Shown: positions 11,294-26,081, counted from the first letter of the stretch. The stretch is DNA of 64,000 nucleotides from Caecitellus pseudoparvulus (GCA_965644315.1 CBFFRQ010000029.1:186001-250000); one strand, 5' to 3'. A program made the numbers and translations. Notes: generated by a model not told the origin, from the sequence alone.

Positions 11294-11645
11294 TCCTTCA
11301 GTCAGAGGCGTTCTCGGGCAGACCAGCAGCTGACAGCTGAGGTGCGGAATGTGCACACTGCTACTGCCGCTCTCATCAAGAAGTGCTGGCGCTCAATGCA
11401 GGGGTCCGCCCTCAGTCAGATTGTTGGGTAACGCAACTTTGACAGATCATGACCGGGCATGCCACAGGGTGAGCGGGCAGTTGAATTTCCTTACCCGCCA
11501 GCGTTGCACACCAGCTGCTGTGCGGCGAGTGGCTCCTTGCGCTGGCTTTGGCAGCTCGACACAAGAACAGAAACACGATGCTTGCAGTCAGGACTTGTAC
11601 GTAGGACTGCCTAAGAAGATGGAGGCAGTACTATGTCATGTTGGC

Positions 11646-12773
11646 TCAGTCTGAGTCTGACTCCGAGGCTTCAGAGCCAGCGTCTGTCCCCGAGGCATCA
11701 GACTCACCGCCAAAGTTGTCCAAAACGACAGCTTGTAGGCGCTCTGATGCTGCTGCCATGCTGGATCGGGCGAAAGCATCGCCTGCGGTGCGCGCCGCCT
11801 GCTCAGCTGCCAGGCTCTCTTGGACACCCCTCACTGCAGGCATGATGAGGGCGCGTTGGTGACATCTATCCACCCGCACGGGAAAAAGCAGCTGTCCAGA
11901 TAGCTGCTCTGCCACAGTGGCAACTTGCAATGCCCGGTCTTGCTCTTCCATGCCGAACCTGGCTTGCGTCTTAGCCTCAAAGTCGTCCATGCCTGCCACG
12001 AGGCGCTGCTCCCTGGCCAGAACTTTGGCATTCTCAACATCAAAGGACTCATGTGCCTTCTGCATCTGTTTCCTTGCAGGTCCAATGAGCTTTGCGACGA
12101 GTTCTGGGACGTCGTGCTGATAAGCTTGTTCTTCGGCAGCCGTAATCTGCTCACATCGTGCATGTGCGAGGCGAAGTCGACTCTTCTCAATTGAATCAAA
12201 GGCACGCTGACTGCTGCCTTCAACCATTGATTCCATAGCTTCCAGCGCGCTCGAAAAGGCGTCCTGCGGCCACGGAAAGCGCGTGCAGTGTAGGCATTGC
12301 TGTGCCTTCATCACACGCGTGCAAGGCAGCACACCCACGCGAATGTGGTCAAAGTCGGCATTCCTCTCGGCAACCTCCTGATCCAGTCGAGACCAAGCTT
12401 TCTTCGTGCGTTGCTCCATGGCGTCCTGTGACGATGGGCAAGGCACTTCTGCTCAGCAAAAGCGGCAGTCGCTGAGCCCCCAGCCATCCACACACCATTG
12501 CTTGTTGAAACACTGCGTTCCGTTCAACAGTCTGAATGCGCAGCTCTTGCATGGCGCCAACCATGTGCGTTTCAGATTCATACACGCCTTGGGTGCGCTT
12601 GCTCTCGTGCTCTTCCGCGACAGGGGCGTGCGTCTGCGGGGCGGCCACGAGCGTTTCGCGAAGAAACGCCAGGCTTCTCACTTGCTCCGAGCACGCACGA
12701 TGTCCAGGGACTTTCCCATGGGAGGAGCCACTGCCTCCACCATGCCACCAAATTTTCCAGGTACTGAAGCCAT
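11646..12773 (-). CDS. SF-assemblin/beta-giardin-like striated-fibre coiled-coil protein (about 305 aa)
   Basis: ATG 12773; introns 12698-12634 (65 nt), 12495-12426 (70 nt) and 12338-12264 (75 nt), all phase 0. Short Pro-containing head, then an all-helical rod with QKAHESFDVENAKVLAREQRL and LQAVVLDNFG, which I recognise from SF-assemblin homologues. Confidence 0.65.
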
Positions 12774-13122
12774 AGTGCGGTCTTGGCAGAGGCTCCTGCA
12801 GGGCGGCAGCAACAGCTGCAAGCTTCCCAACAGCCGATGGGGCCTGTGAGCCAGCCAGCAGCAATGTGTTTGGCGCCAAGTGCCACTCTGAAAGGGACTG
12901 TCCAACTGATCGAGTGTGTGGAGTGGATGTTGGGGTAGTGCCTTTTGGCAGTGTTCGTCGCTCGCCATATGGCTGCAAGCTGCGATCCCCCCTCCTTCAT
13001 CTCGGCCGTAGCATGCGCAAGGACAGCCGGAGGAATGTCCCAGATTCGAGGATGAATTTATCGTGAAGCCTGGCCGCACACATGCTGTGGCTAGCTTCAA
13101 CCTGTCTTGCTCCAGTGCAGCG

Positions 13123-16100
13123 CTAGTCATTGAGCTGGCAAAGAAGCGCCGTGCCAGCCTTGACCCATTTGGCAGGGGGTGACAGCGTGGGCAGATCCAC
13201 GGGCAGTACAAAGTTCGTGGACATGCCTGTCGTGCTAAGTGTGCCAGCCCGCACAGATGTCTTGTACACAGGCGCAGAGTACGCATCTGGAGGGCTTGAA
13301 TAGCGCTCTGTGGGCATGAAATGCAAGATTGGCATGCGCGAATACACCTCGCCGGGACGAGGGTCGGCGAGGGAGTGTGCCTTGGCGTCCCACTGGGCAC
13401 CATCAAGGAACAGACCGTGGATGAGCACACCATCTTTGGGCACGTCAGCATCTCGCAAGCCGTCGGGAGTGACAGCCTTCAGCACGCTGAAGGAGAAGGA
13501 CAGCGTGTCGATGGCGATGGTGTACCGCCTGGCGTGATTCTGCAGCGTCCCTGTCATGAAGCCTTGCGGGAAGAAGAAGCCTGACATCCAGAAGACTCCC
13601 GGCTGGCCTCCTGTGAGCCAGCCCCTCATGAAGGCGATGCGCTTGTGAAGATCAGCCACCCAAGATGCCAAGGGCTTCAGGCTGGGGTAGGCGGCCGCAG
13701 ACCAGTTGGCTGGCACTCTGTTGTTGAGCAGGCTGCTGTACATACGGTCAAGCTCGTCGGACATGAGGACTTCACCTTGGATGGCCCTCTGCAATTCATG
13801 TAAGGATGCTCGCATGACGTCCAGCAGTTGGTTGAACCGGGCCATCTCCTGCGACAGCACCGTGGCAAGGGAGTCCATGTGCTCGCCACGCTTGACAAAA
13901 GTCGTCGGGCCAGCTTCATCCATGCTCAAGTTTACCGGGAGGCTGGCAGAAATGTCCCCCGCCAGGCGGGCAACCGTCTCATCAGGGCTCTCAGCGCCAC
14001 CCGCAGCCGAACCTGAGGAGCGCGGCTGAATGCTCAAGCACGCCCGAAGGAGGGCGTCACTTTCGCGGACTTGAAAGGCGATGTTGGCGTTCATGTGCAT
14101 GCCGAAGAGCTCTGGCGGGTCATTCATCGGCAAGGCGTCTACGAATTGTTGCAGCTCCTTCAGGGAGCTGGCAGCTGGCATGGCGTACTCCTTGGCTTCG
14201 CTGAACGCGTAGCCATCGTCGAGCACCTGTGGGCGGTAAAACTGGTCGAGGATGGTCATGAGGCACCTTCTGTCCAGGTCGTCTGTGACACGACCGCCAT
14301 AGTTAATTTGCCCTGTGACATACGTCAAGGCGTCCCACGGGATCACGGGCTGCTCCTCAAGGAACTTCTTCAGCACCTGCATCGACGTCTCCAAGTCGGA
14401 GTCATTGAACTCGTAGAAGATGTTCCATCCAAGCGGGCCAAACTTACGCCGCTCCTGGATCAACGCGTGGAAGAAGGCCAGGCCGAAAGCAAGGCGCTGC
14501 CAGACAGGCAGCTTGGGCTGTCCTGCACGACACCCGAGACCATCCTCCGTGAACTCGCCTTCGCATTCACTGAACGGAGTCCAGGAGTCCAACTGAGCGA
14601 GGGAGCGCGTCAAATTTGCGACCAAACCCTTGGGCGGCTCGTTTGTCAGCTTCACACCCTGCTGCAAGACCGGAACAGGAAAGTAGGGCGCCGGCATGGA
14701 CGTGAGGAAGAGGCGGAAGTCGGGGTGCACCCCCCCAGCCCCGTCAGGCGCCCTACAGCTCTCCTGCAGCTTGTCTACGATACGCTCTAATTCGGGCATC
14801 CAGCTTTTGGCCAAGTGGCAGTTCTGCAGCAGCACCCAGTCGCCCGTCAGGCAAGCAGCATCGATCAGAGCTTTTGCATGGGGCCCTTGGCCTTGCCCCA
14901 GCGAGATGAGCTTCAGCCTGGAAGTGTACCCTCGTGCCTTTGCAAGTGAGAACAGCATGCCGGTCGGGTCTGCCCCTACAGACAAGATGAAGACAACTGG
15001 CGTCGCAGCATCTGTATCGGCGTAGATGTCTGCCATGCTTGCAGCGGGTGCCTGGACGTACTTTCTACCTAGGTTTTCCAGCACAAACTGTTTCACAGCA
15101 AACATGACTTTCTCCTCGCGGAAAGCTTTCAGCACAAGCATACGTTGCAGGCCTGAGAGTTCTTCCTGCCACTTACCTGGCAGTGGCTGCAAGTGTGGCT
15201 CGTCGCAGGTCGCCCACTGCTTCCACGGTGCTGACTGGGCGGCGGTGCCTCCGCCAAAAGCAGACGAGACCTCGCTTGCCAAGCCAGCGAACTGCCCAGA
15301 CAAGACGCTGTCCAGGTGGTACAATAAGTTCCAGCCAGCCTGGGAGATGAGCTTGGGGTTCGGGTTGGGAAGGTGTGCGGGGGCAGACGTCATGCCAGGT
15401 CCACGCAGTAGGGTGAGCCAATCTGCCGTGTCCACTTCGCCCCGAGCTCGGAGGATTTGCACAGTCATGAGGAAAGAAAAGATGAGCTTGTGGGCTTCAA
15501 ACAAGCCCCTGCAAACATTTGAATACACTGCTGAGGTGAGGTAGTCTTGGAGGTGCTGCAGGCGGGCTCCCAGCTCGTCGGCCTTTTCGCTGTCATCGAT
15601 GCAGCGATTGAAAAGCCTCAGGAAATAGGCCAACGAGAACTGGTACATGGGGTCAATGCGTGCCAAGTCAGCAATGACAAAGTAAATGAGCGCACCCCGC
15701 TCCGCAGCTGGGCGGTAGGCTTCGCGGATGTGGTTGATCTCCACCTCAGTCTTCGCACTCTCCGCCAAGCGCTTGTTTGTCACCTCCGACACAGCCTTGC
15801 TCTCCGTGAGGGCATCGATGAGTTCCGTATCATCTAGAATACTCGTCGTCTCTTGCAGCATCTGCAGAATGCGGTCCTCCAAATCCTGCAGCTGCTTCTT
15901 GTCAGAGGCCATGGACGTGACGAGCTCGTCTCGCCGTTGCTCGACATCCGGCCGCTCCTTGGACACCACGGCGCCTAGAAGCTGGTCCTCCAGCCCACTT
16001 TGCGTGACCGTGAAGTTGATGATGGTCACTTTGATGCACACTTCAGGAAGGTAGTGCGGGTTCGCCAGCTTGGTGGACATGTATAGCCGGAAGTCTGGCT

Positions 16101-19100
16101 CGTAGTCCACGTCTGAGTCACCCAGGCGCATCAGCAGCCTACCCTGACTCTTGTACACTGCCTTGGCCAAAACGGGCTCCAGAGATGGGTCAACGAATTC
16201 GGTCATGTCCTCAATGAGCAGCGGACGCCCGATGCGGATGCAGGATTCTAGCTCCCGCAGCAAGTTCGGACTGGTCATGCGCGTGGCCACAAGTCGTGAA
16301 GCGGCAGAGGCTTCCATGCCTTTAATCCACTTCTTTGCCTGCTCTTGAGGGTCAATGACGAGTGGCCAGCGCTCTCCACGGGTCACAAGCACCGCATTGT
16401 CAACAGACACCGAGTCAGACGGCAATCCTTGCATAAGCCAGGACCTAACTTGCACCGGCTCTGCAAGTGTGCTCACAAGGCTGTATGAGTCAGAGACGGG
16501 GATCCCAACAGATTTAGTGGTGGCCAGCCACTGCCGCACAAGTTGTGCCCGGTACTCTCCAGTGAACGCACCGAAGTATGACACGCATGCAGCAGCAAGC
16601 AGGACGTCACCCGTCAGGTTATTGATGTCCCCAGCCAACACGGTGACATTTTCCGTCCAACGCACGCCCTCGTCAGCAAGAAGTGAGGTGAGTTGCTCTG
16701 CCGCCGCAAGGCGCTTCTTCGTTAGCACTTGCTCCTCTTCCAGGCGTTGCTTCTCTTGTGCTGTGGCTGCCGCTTTGGCTTCTAGAGAGGCGACTTTGTC
16801 TTCCACTGCTCTCAAGTTGGCTTGTTTCTCTTCCAACACCGCGTTCGCGCGTGCGAGCTGGTCGTTCATCTCAGCGAGGCGTGCTTGCTTGGGCGCCACC
16901 TCCTTGGCCACTTTGGCGTAAATGTCAATGGCGTGGCACCACATGCAGAGGCACTTGGCAGCAGTGGACGTCTTCCCCACCACATCCACCGCCATCTCCT
17001 CGGTGCCAGTGTAATTCTTCCGCAGACGCTTCAAGATGGACGGTGGGACGTTATCCTTGTCGAAGTCTTTGAGCAGGTCCATAAAGTTACTCTGCCCCAG
17101 CAGCCGCTTGGACGTGTCCCAATCAGGTGTCTCACCGAGCAGCACACACACCGCTTCCATGGTGATTTTCACCGCAAAAGGAGGCGATGCGAAGGATCGC
17201 ACTTCTCTGATCTTGTCCTTGTCTAGAGCATCCAACGCCTTCACAGCGTCCTCCAGAGCCGGTAGAGCAACAGCCAAGTCGCGTTCAGCCTCGGCCTGCA
17301 GCTCGCCAACCACTCCCGCCTGCTCCCGCACCACAGCTTCCTCTGCCTGCACTTTTTCTCGCACTTCCTGAGCTTCCACCTTGTCTATTTTCACTTGCTC
17401 AAGTAACTCTACCGCCTCCTGCGACTTGGCTACGAGCACCGGCTGGTTTGCCGTCAACTGCTCCTGCAGCTCCGCAACGACTGAGTTGGTCTCCTCCAGT
17501 TTGCTCACACCGTTTGCCAGCGTGTCTTGCTTGCGTTGGAGAAGGAGTCGGCGTTCTTGAATCATTTTCAGGTACAGCTGGAGCAGGTCCAAGTAAGACT
17601 TCGGCGTGGTGTACACACGGCGCTGCAGCTCGGAGTAGAAGGCATCGCTCACGGCCGCCATGGACATGTGCATGCTCACACACACCTCTGCGATGCGAGC
17701 CTTTAGGCCAGAGTCAGCATCGGCACCCTCGCTATCGCTGGCAGCTCCCTGCTCTGCTGAGCTGGCCTGGAGGCTGGCCTCCTTCAGGACATGCTGCGCA
17801 ACAGACATCAGCGCATCCCGCGGCCACGGCATAAACCAGTCAATGGTGCAGCAGTTAATGAGGGAGGGAAAGTTCCGACAACGCACACGAAGGGAGTCTC
17901 CCACTGGAGACATGGCCAAAATAATGTGCAGGTTGTCCCGCACCTGGCTGACGAAGAGGCGGTACAGGTTGTCCCGCGACTCGGGGATGCCCAGGGCCTG
18001 AGCAAGCGGCCGGACATCCTCTGTTATTTTGTTCAGTTCATCCGGCTCGTACAGAGATGGGATTTCGCCAGTGTTCAGCATGTTGTTGATGTCCTCAAGG
18101 AAGCCTTCGTGGACAATTTGGGAGTCAGTGAACAAAAACGCGATGTGCCGGCCTTCTCCGCCAGCCCTCATCATGAGCCCCTTCATGTCCTCACGAAAAG
18201 CTACTTGGTCGTAGCCTCGCGTAAGCTCAATCGTGAAGATGTCAGTCTCAGTCAGGCTGCAAGCCATCCGAGTCAGGCTCTGCTTGCCACTGCCCCCCAC
18301 GCCGATCAGCATGGCGTTTCCCCGTGGTTGCCTAAGGACTCGCGTGATGCGGGACACGTGCTCGACGGCGTCGCGGAAGAACACGAGGTTCATCTTCGTT
18401 GGGTTGATGACATTGTACTCATCCAATGCGTTCAGGAGGACGGTCTGCACTTTGTCCCAGTCCCCCACCAGCTCGTACCGCACCTGCTCATCCTCCTCTG
18501 TCTCTGTCAAGTAGTTTGCAAAGAGCAGCGGTGCTTCCCCCTCGAACAGCGCTTCGTGGGACCACTCAGGGCCACTGCGAGTCCAGACTCGACCGAGCCG
18601 CTCGACCAGGGCTTCTGTGAACCATAGCTTGTCGGTGCGGTCCACGAGGCGATCGTGGAACACCCTGCAGCACTCGTTCGCCCACAGCTTGGCAAGCACG
18701 TCCGGGGACTGGCAATCACGTGGCTGCACCATCAACATGCCTTGAATGACCTTGCTAACATCCCGCAGGTTGAAAGTGTAGTGGCTCTTGGATGGAGTCG
18801 GGCGCATGGTCCCGCAGATGGCAGTGTACACTTCGATGGTGCTCTGAATGGCGCGCCCAGTGCACTGCTTCACAGGGTCTGGAAAGGGGTGACAGTCAAG
18901 AAAGCCCCCCAGGAGTGCTGAGAAGATCCCGCTCAGCACCGTGTCAGACGACGGGGGCATGCACATGACGTGAAAATGCCGAGTGAATCGTGGGCACACC
19001 TCCGCACGGCCACCACCTGGTGGTGCCGCAGCCACCACAAGCACTGTATCAATCACTTCCTTCCAGAACAGTTTCTCTCGGTCGTAGAATCCGTGGAAAT

Positions 19101-22100
19101 CGGCAAACTGCCGCAGCAGTTCCACCGGGGGCTGGGCTCCGTATGTCTCTACGGCCGGCATGTTCACGTCATCAACGAACACGACAACGCGCTTGCCAGA
19201 GGGGGCACCCAGTTGAGACTTTTTCTTCTTCTCCAGCTTGCTCTCGATGGTCTGCTGGGTGCGCAAGGCGGATGTCTGCGCTGAGAAGTTGATCAGCACG
19301 GGCAGCACCTGCAGTCCATCGGCATAGCCATCTGCACTGGCAGCATTCAAGAAGTCTTGCACAACCACGGTTTTTCCAGTGCCAGTGACACCAGTCAAGA
19401 AAACAGGTGTGAGCTGTTCCAGGTTCAGCCTCAAGAGGTGTGTGTAGCGCACCGTGTCCACCGTTGGCACGACCATCGCGAAGTACGGCTGGGAAACGTC
19501 GTACTCGAACGTTGGCACAATGTCCTTCCACTTGCGCCACGGGACCTCGGGGTCAGCTGTATCCGGGAACATGTCAAAGAGGCTGCCCTGCGCACAGAAC
19601 TTCACCTGCTTCAGGGGCTCCAAGCTCCGCACCAGGCTGCTGAACTCGTCCCACTTGGTGGAGCTCATGCTCCCGCCGATGCTCCAAACGAGTGCGAAGG
19701 AGAAAATGGAGTCAAGGATGCGTGCCATGTCCACGTCAGGGCGTCCACCAAAGTCCAGCACCAGAGGGGGCGCATCACCGGCTTCGCCCCCCGGCAACTC
19801 CGCGAGCAGTGCTTCATGGTGGAAGATTGCTGTGAGCAGGTTGCACAGACTGGACACAAGCTGCAAGTCGACAGTGGCAACGGGCTCAACCACGTTAGCG
19901 CGCTGCCACGCCAGGCATGGGTCTACAGTGGCTTCGAACAGGGACATGAGGTGCTCCTTCAGTGCAGCTGACATGTCGCTTGGAAGGCCATGGGGCAGCC
20001 ACGACTGCACGAAGGGGCGCCAGCCGAGGTCTCGCGGAGTCATGTACACGACACCCAGGCGGGACACCGTCGCAGGGGAAGCCTGCTCCAGGTCTTGCAC
20101 TTCGAAGAGCATGCGCATTTGGGGCTTGAGCTTGACGCGCTCACCGTTCGCAAGGCACAGGGTCATGTTGTCATCCAGCACCGTGTTCATGTTCTCGATC
20201 CACAGCGCGTCAATGGGGCCGTCAAAGACCGTCCACTTCTTTCCCTCATCTTCCAGCAGTGTGTGTGAGCGCATGATTGTGGACGCCAGCCCATCCACCC
20301 ACTCCTGCGTCAGTTCGTTCATCTCACCGTACAGCTCTCCCATGGTGATGCACTTGGGGTTCAGCACAAACGTTTCCACTTCCTGAAATCGCTCATCTTC
20401 GTGACCTGCTTTTCGTAGGCGGCTCATGGCAGCGCCCAGAGTCTCGTAGCAGCGCGTCTTGCCAGCGCCTGTGGGGCCGACCAGGACCACCCCGAACCGG
20501 ACATTAAATGTTTCGAACAGCTGTATGGTCTTGAAGATGAACTGCCTGACAGCCTGCAGTCCTGATTCTGCGAGAGAAGCAAAGATAGCGTCCTGTAATG
20601 CACCAAAGTCTTGCACTGGGACCACCACCCCAGGGAACAGGTCGCCGACGATTGCGTGAAAGAGGGGCAGGTCCTCTGCCAGGAACTTGGGCACATTGCT
20701 GTCCCGCATGGCGCGAATGAGGACGACATCCTCTGAAAGCTCCGGATTCCCGCGCTTCAAGGCGCCTGCCATGACCAGCACTGACTTCACCGCGCGCATG
20801 CCGAAGTCGTAGTGCTTCTGCTGTGACAACTGCTCGGAGGACAGCTTGTACAGCTTCACCATCTTACGGGACAGGTTCTGAGCGTCATCGAACCCTTCAG
20901 CGTACAAGATGATCTCCGCGATGAGGGCGTAGTCAGGCACCATCATGGACACAGGCCGGAACTGGATCTTGAGGTTGTCAGGCAGCTCCGTGCGGCCAGC
21001 GTAGCCGGGGTTCATGGTGATGATGACGACGTGGTCCTTCAGCGAGATGTTGCGGCCTTCAAAGTCAATGGCCCCGAGGCCAGCTAGCTTGCCCTGCCGC
21101 AGCTGCTGTAGCTGCTGAGCCACGACAGACAGCACTTCGATGTCAATGCGGTTGAACTCGTCGAGACACGTCCACGCGCCGGCTTGGGCCAGGCCAGCAA
21201 ACAGCTTCCCGGTCATTTTATAGTCGATTTGCTCTGAGCAATTGAAAACGATGCACTGAATGCCCAGGGCCTTCGCGAGGTCCTTCGAGGACTCTGTTTT
21301 TCCGGTACCGGCGGGGCCCGCTGGGGCCGCGCCCAGCTTCAAGTTCCATGCTCCTGTGATGGTCATCCAGCACCTGTCTGTCAAAGGAGTGATGACCAGC
21401 CTCGAAGCTGCACCTTGGTACTCGAATCCATAGGGAATGTGGGCATTGCTCTGCTTCACAAGGACATCCACAGTTTCCGGCAGCCAATAGTACCGCAGCT
21501 GTTGTTGCCACAAGAAGCTGCCGATGTCGGCCACCCTCGCCTCAAGCATGGAGGCAACTATGTCCCGGGCGTGCACGTCTGTGGTGACGAGTGCCACAAT
21601 GACCTTGCGCTGGATCTTGGTGAGGGGCATGCGCACCAGGTGCGTCAGTTGCCCGAGGGAGCGCAGGTTCACGTCGAGCCACTGCTGCATGGCGGCCACA
21701 GGGTCCTCTGCACGCAGGGCCTGCTCAGACCCCTGCGACCACATGATCTGCGCGACTGTTGCCACGACTTGGCCAGGGTGAGACTTAACCCACTCTGCAC
21801 GTGCAGGGTTCTCCATGGTGCCCGCCGTCGTACTGGAGAGGTAGTCTTCAACACCCTCCTTCATGGCCAGGCGCAGGGATTCGATCATCCCCAGCTGCAC
21901 GGACATGAGCCACTCCTCCACTTTTCCACGGGCTTTCAGGTTTGGCGGCAAGTCGATGACTTCCTGCTCCGGGGAAATCATGCCCAAGATGTCAATGCTG
22001 CCCGGCGCGTCACCGAACCGGAGCAGGTTGATGGCGTCGAAGCACTTGCGCAAGTGTGGCTGCACTGCCTGGGGGTCTCTGGTCTGGGCCAGGATCTCCA

Positions 22101-25100
22101 GCAACTCCTCGTTGGAGAGGAAGTAGAAGCGAGGGAAGGCAAGGCGTTTGGTTTCCAAGTACTCTTCGAGAGACTTCTGAATGGAGTCAAGCACTTGATT
22201 CGCCTGGGACAGCTGCTCCTTGGTGCCTTTCACAGTCCCTGCAACAACGGCCTTTGGGTTATTGCTGGTGCGTGTCATGATGGCCTTCCAAGTCCTGTCG
22301 ACCTTGGCGAAGCGCTTGGACTCCTCCTCCAGCTGGCGCTTGATGTCATCAGCAGCGAAGATGTTCTCCAAGTACATCCACTGCTTCTGGCACGTCAGCC
22401 ACTCATCCAGAGTCTCGGACAGCAGCATGAGTTTGCGCTGCCATGTCTCCACTTCAGCCTTGATGGGCGTACAGAAACGAGAGCCCAGGATGGTGTTGAT
22501 GGTCACGAGGCTCTCGTCCAGAGCAATGCTGATCTCCTCCACGGAGCCCATGATGAAGACGTCCTTCTGGTCTTTGTACCGCTGCACATCAAAGAGGATG
22601 TCATCCCAGACAGATGTGACTTTCTTGGCGAAAAGATCCAACAAGGCTGACTCTTGCACCGCCTGCGTTGCGACGACACCAATGGCTGTCGCCTTTTCGG
22701 CCACTCCCATGCTCAAGAGCTCCCCCAGGGTGTATGGGTGGTCTTCTTCGAGGCGCTGGCCAATGGCTGCTTCAATGTCAACCCAGTGTCGAGCTTGCAA
22801 GGCAGGGGATCTCAGGTCCATGATAACGGGAAGAATGTTGCGGAACTGCTCCACCAGGGCCCTCAGCTTCGCTGCTGCAGCGTTACCACGCAGTCCCCTC
22901 TCGCAGCGAGACGCGATTTTCAAGTGCTCCTGCACTCGCTTGTCCAGGCTTTCCGCGTCAATGCTGTCAAATCGCGCTGCGCGCCAGCCTTGAACGTCGT
23001 CGGTAAACTCCCGCATGGTCTTCCACAGGCGCACCTTCAAATTAATAAAGGCCGACACGTCATCGATGTAGCTATAGTCGTCTTCGTTGGGTGGCTGCTT
23101 CAGCATGATCTGGTAGTGCTTGTAGCGGTCAGCCTGGGCGCGCAGGGTTTGAATGTCTCGGGCGGCCCGGTCCACAAAAGCACACACTTCCCCAATGTCA
23201 GCGTCAGGGTTTCCTACGCGCGGATCATCCATGCGCTCTTGCACAGACAGCACAGCCTTCTTCAGGGTGGGGATGTCATTCTCTACCCTGCTCGCGAACT
23301 TGCGGGTGTCGTCTGCCAAGCTCACCTCTGTGCTCTGCACTGCGCCCTCGAGCTTCGTCATGGAGCTTCTCAAGGCCCTAAGCAGGGCTACCACTTCAGG
23401 GGAATTCTCCCACCCCGCCGACTGCATGATGGAGCCCAGCGCACGGGTGTGGGTCTCGTCATCTCGCATGTCTCCCAGGGCCTCCTGGGCAGCCTCCAGC
23501 ACCTCCACCTTCGCGACAAAGTCCTCCACCTCATCGGGGGAGGATAGCAGCACCTTCGAGTAGCCGGAAACCCGGTTGATAAGCGTGTTGGCACGCTCAG
23601 ACATGATATAGGGCAGCAAGTCCTGCATGGTGCTGAGCACTCGCTCAGGGGAGGGCAGCAGGCGCTGCTTGAGGCCCAGGCAATCCATGCGGATGATGCC
23701 GACATCGACGCAGTAAGGCAGAGCCTTAAACTCCCGCACTTGTTCAGAGTACTTGTGGATGGCGGCCTCCACGAATTCCAGGCTCGTGTCGACGTGCAGG
23801 CGTTGGTCAATCCCTGCCACCACTGCATCGTTGCGAAGAAAGGTAGCCGCCAGCGGCAGGAACGTCTGGGCATGCTGTTCGACGTTGGCATACGCCACAT
23901 CCAGTCCCTGCCACATGTCTGCTTCCATGCGCCGGTAGCCAACATGCTGCAGCACTTCACCGGCGAGGTCCCGCTCCTCATCGTCTGGGTCAGGCAGGGT
24001 TTCGCCGTCGTCTGCCGCTGCTTGAGTGTATGGAGCCAAGTCAGGGTGCGTCAAGAGGCGTGGTGGAGATGCGATGACTGCCAGGGCCTTGGACAAGACG
24101 CTACCCAGCTTCTGCCGCGCCACATGCAAGGGGGGGTCCAGTGTGATGACAGGCTCATGGCGGACGACAACGGAGGCGTCGATGTCCTCGCTTGGGTCAT
24201 CTGCAGCCCGAGCGCTGCCGCCTCCCTCATCGCCATCCTCCGACCCTACAAGCTTCTCCACGGCGTGAAAGTTGGCAGTCACGCGCACAAGAGGCACCCG
24301 GGTTGCGGTGTCTTGTGCCGCGAGCAGGCCGCCAACGGCCGCCGCGGCACCTGCTGAGCTGATGTCTCCAGGGGTTCCCACAATACCGTTTGGCAGGTCC
24401 TCTTCCATCTTTGATTCATCAGTTCGCACGACATGGGGTGGAGCCTGCTCTTCGGTTGGCAAGAGGAAGGAGCGCAAGGTGGCGGTCGAGTCCAGCGCGA
24501 GGTTCAGGAGGGAGTCTGCGATGATGAAGTCACAGACCCGGATGAACTTGGTCAGGCGCCTGCACTCGGCACGGAGGGCCGCCCGCTCCATGAACGTCAT
24601 CTTGTGGTCGGCTTTGATTTTGTTGGACTCCAGGAAGCGATCCAACTGTGTGTCGCACGCACCCCGCACCAAAGCCCGGACGTCCACGGCGAACTCTGAC
24701 AGCCACACGCCCACGTGGCGCCGCTTCTCAGCTTGCTGAGCGGTGAAGTCCTCCAACGTGTAGGTGCACTGGGGGTCGCATGCAAAGAGGCCCCACTTGT
24801 TCACTTCGAAGCACAGGCGCCGCAGCCGCACCATGGCGGTGCGCAGCACCCCATTCAGCACAAACAGCCCGCCCTGCAGGACTCCCACTGCTGCAGCCTG
24901 CTTGCGCCCAGTGATGCGCCGCCGCCACACAGTGAACATCTTCCACATGGGGAACTTGCGAAAGAAGTTGTTGGACCCGTGCATGTTCCGAATGGACCAG
25001 TACAGTCGGTGCTCGCGCTCCCATTGCTCCAGCGTCGTGAACTCACTGTCCGCGCCAAAGAACGTCGTGACGCCAGCGCGTGACAGCGTGAAGTACTGTG

Positions 25101-26081
25101 ACGTGTTAATGTCTTTATGTGCCACCGGCTTCAGCTCATAGGCACTCCTGCGGCTCGGGTCGCGAAACGACAAGTACAGGAAGTCGCCGGCGGCCAGTCG
25201 CCCCATCTGTGCCTCGCTCAGCTCCAGCGTTTCGATGAAAGTCGCCGTGCTTCGACCCTGGCGAGTGTGCTGATCTTGTCGATCAGTCCCCACAGCTGCC
25301 GTGCCACGGGGAGTGCTTGTCTCTGCGAGGAATGCAGGGCGCGAGTGGGGGCTGGCAACTGGTGAAGAGGGCGTTTCACTCGAGAAACTCTGAGCCAGCA
25401 ACCGCATGCAGGGCGCCTCACCTGACTTGCTCTCATCCCACGCGGCCTTCTTTGGGAGGCCAGGGATGAATCTGGACTTCCCAGACAGGCTCTGTGCTGA
25501 GGCTGGCGCCCTGCGCGTGCTGGCCTTGCCTGGGCTGGCAGTGCCCAACACAGCGTTTCGTGATCCACCTGCTGCCGCAGGTGTGGACCAGTGGCCGCTG
25601 CCGGAGCCAAAGGCCGCTCCACCTCGGTACATGGGCGGCAACTTTGACACTCTGTCTTTGGCCAGCACCACCGACGAAGTCAAGGCAGAGCTTGCCTGCA
25701 CGGAGCGGGTCACAGATCGTGCTGTGGCAAGCCAGGCCAGGCCACACTTGCCATCCTTACCCGTTTGCTCTGTCCAAGAACAGGCTCCGAAGCCGACACG
25801 CGCATCGAAGCTGGGAGTGTAGAGGACAGCCCTGGCTTACTGGTCGCTTGCTTGGAGCTGCGTGCTGCCAGTCGGGGGCGCAAGGACGTCGTGTACACGG
25901 GTAGTGTGTCCTGAGAAGCCGATGACTCCATGCCCCCGCGCGGCACAACTTTGGGCAGCAGAGGGCTGGCTGCGGACAACCGAACGTTTCCACTGGATGC
26001 AGAGCCATACAACCTCTTCTGCAGGTCAGCTGCTGAGGAAGGCGTCTCTGCCCTTGGCTTCTGAGGGGTGCGTCCGCTCAT
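13123..26081 (-). CDS. DNAH6: Axonemal inner-arm dynein heavy chain, DNAH6-like (about 4300 aa)
   Basis: Exon 1 26081-25761; intron 25760-25696 (GTAAGG..GCAG, 65 nt); exon 2 is 12.57 kb. P-loops GPAGTGKT, GPTGAGKT, GVTGTGKT and GVGGSGKQ; FPRFYFLSNEELL; DEFNRIDIEVLSV; FYDREKLFWKEV; C-terminal YKTSVRAGTLSTTGMSTNFV. Dynein identity is clear; the DNAH6 subtype is moderately confident. Confidence 0.93.

Noticed and set aside
12774-13122. ORFs 12349..12978 and 12578..13000 as upstream exons of the SF-assemblin-like gene
   Set aside because: ATG 12773 plus a canonical 65-nt intron gives a complete, family-sized protein; the upstream joins need weak donor sites.
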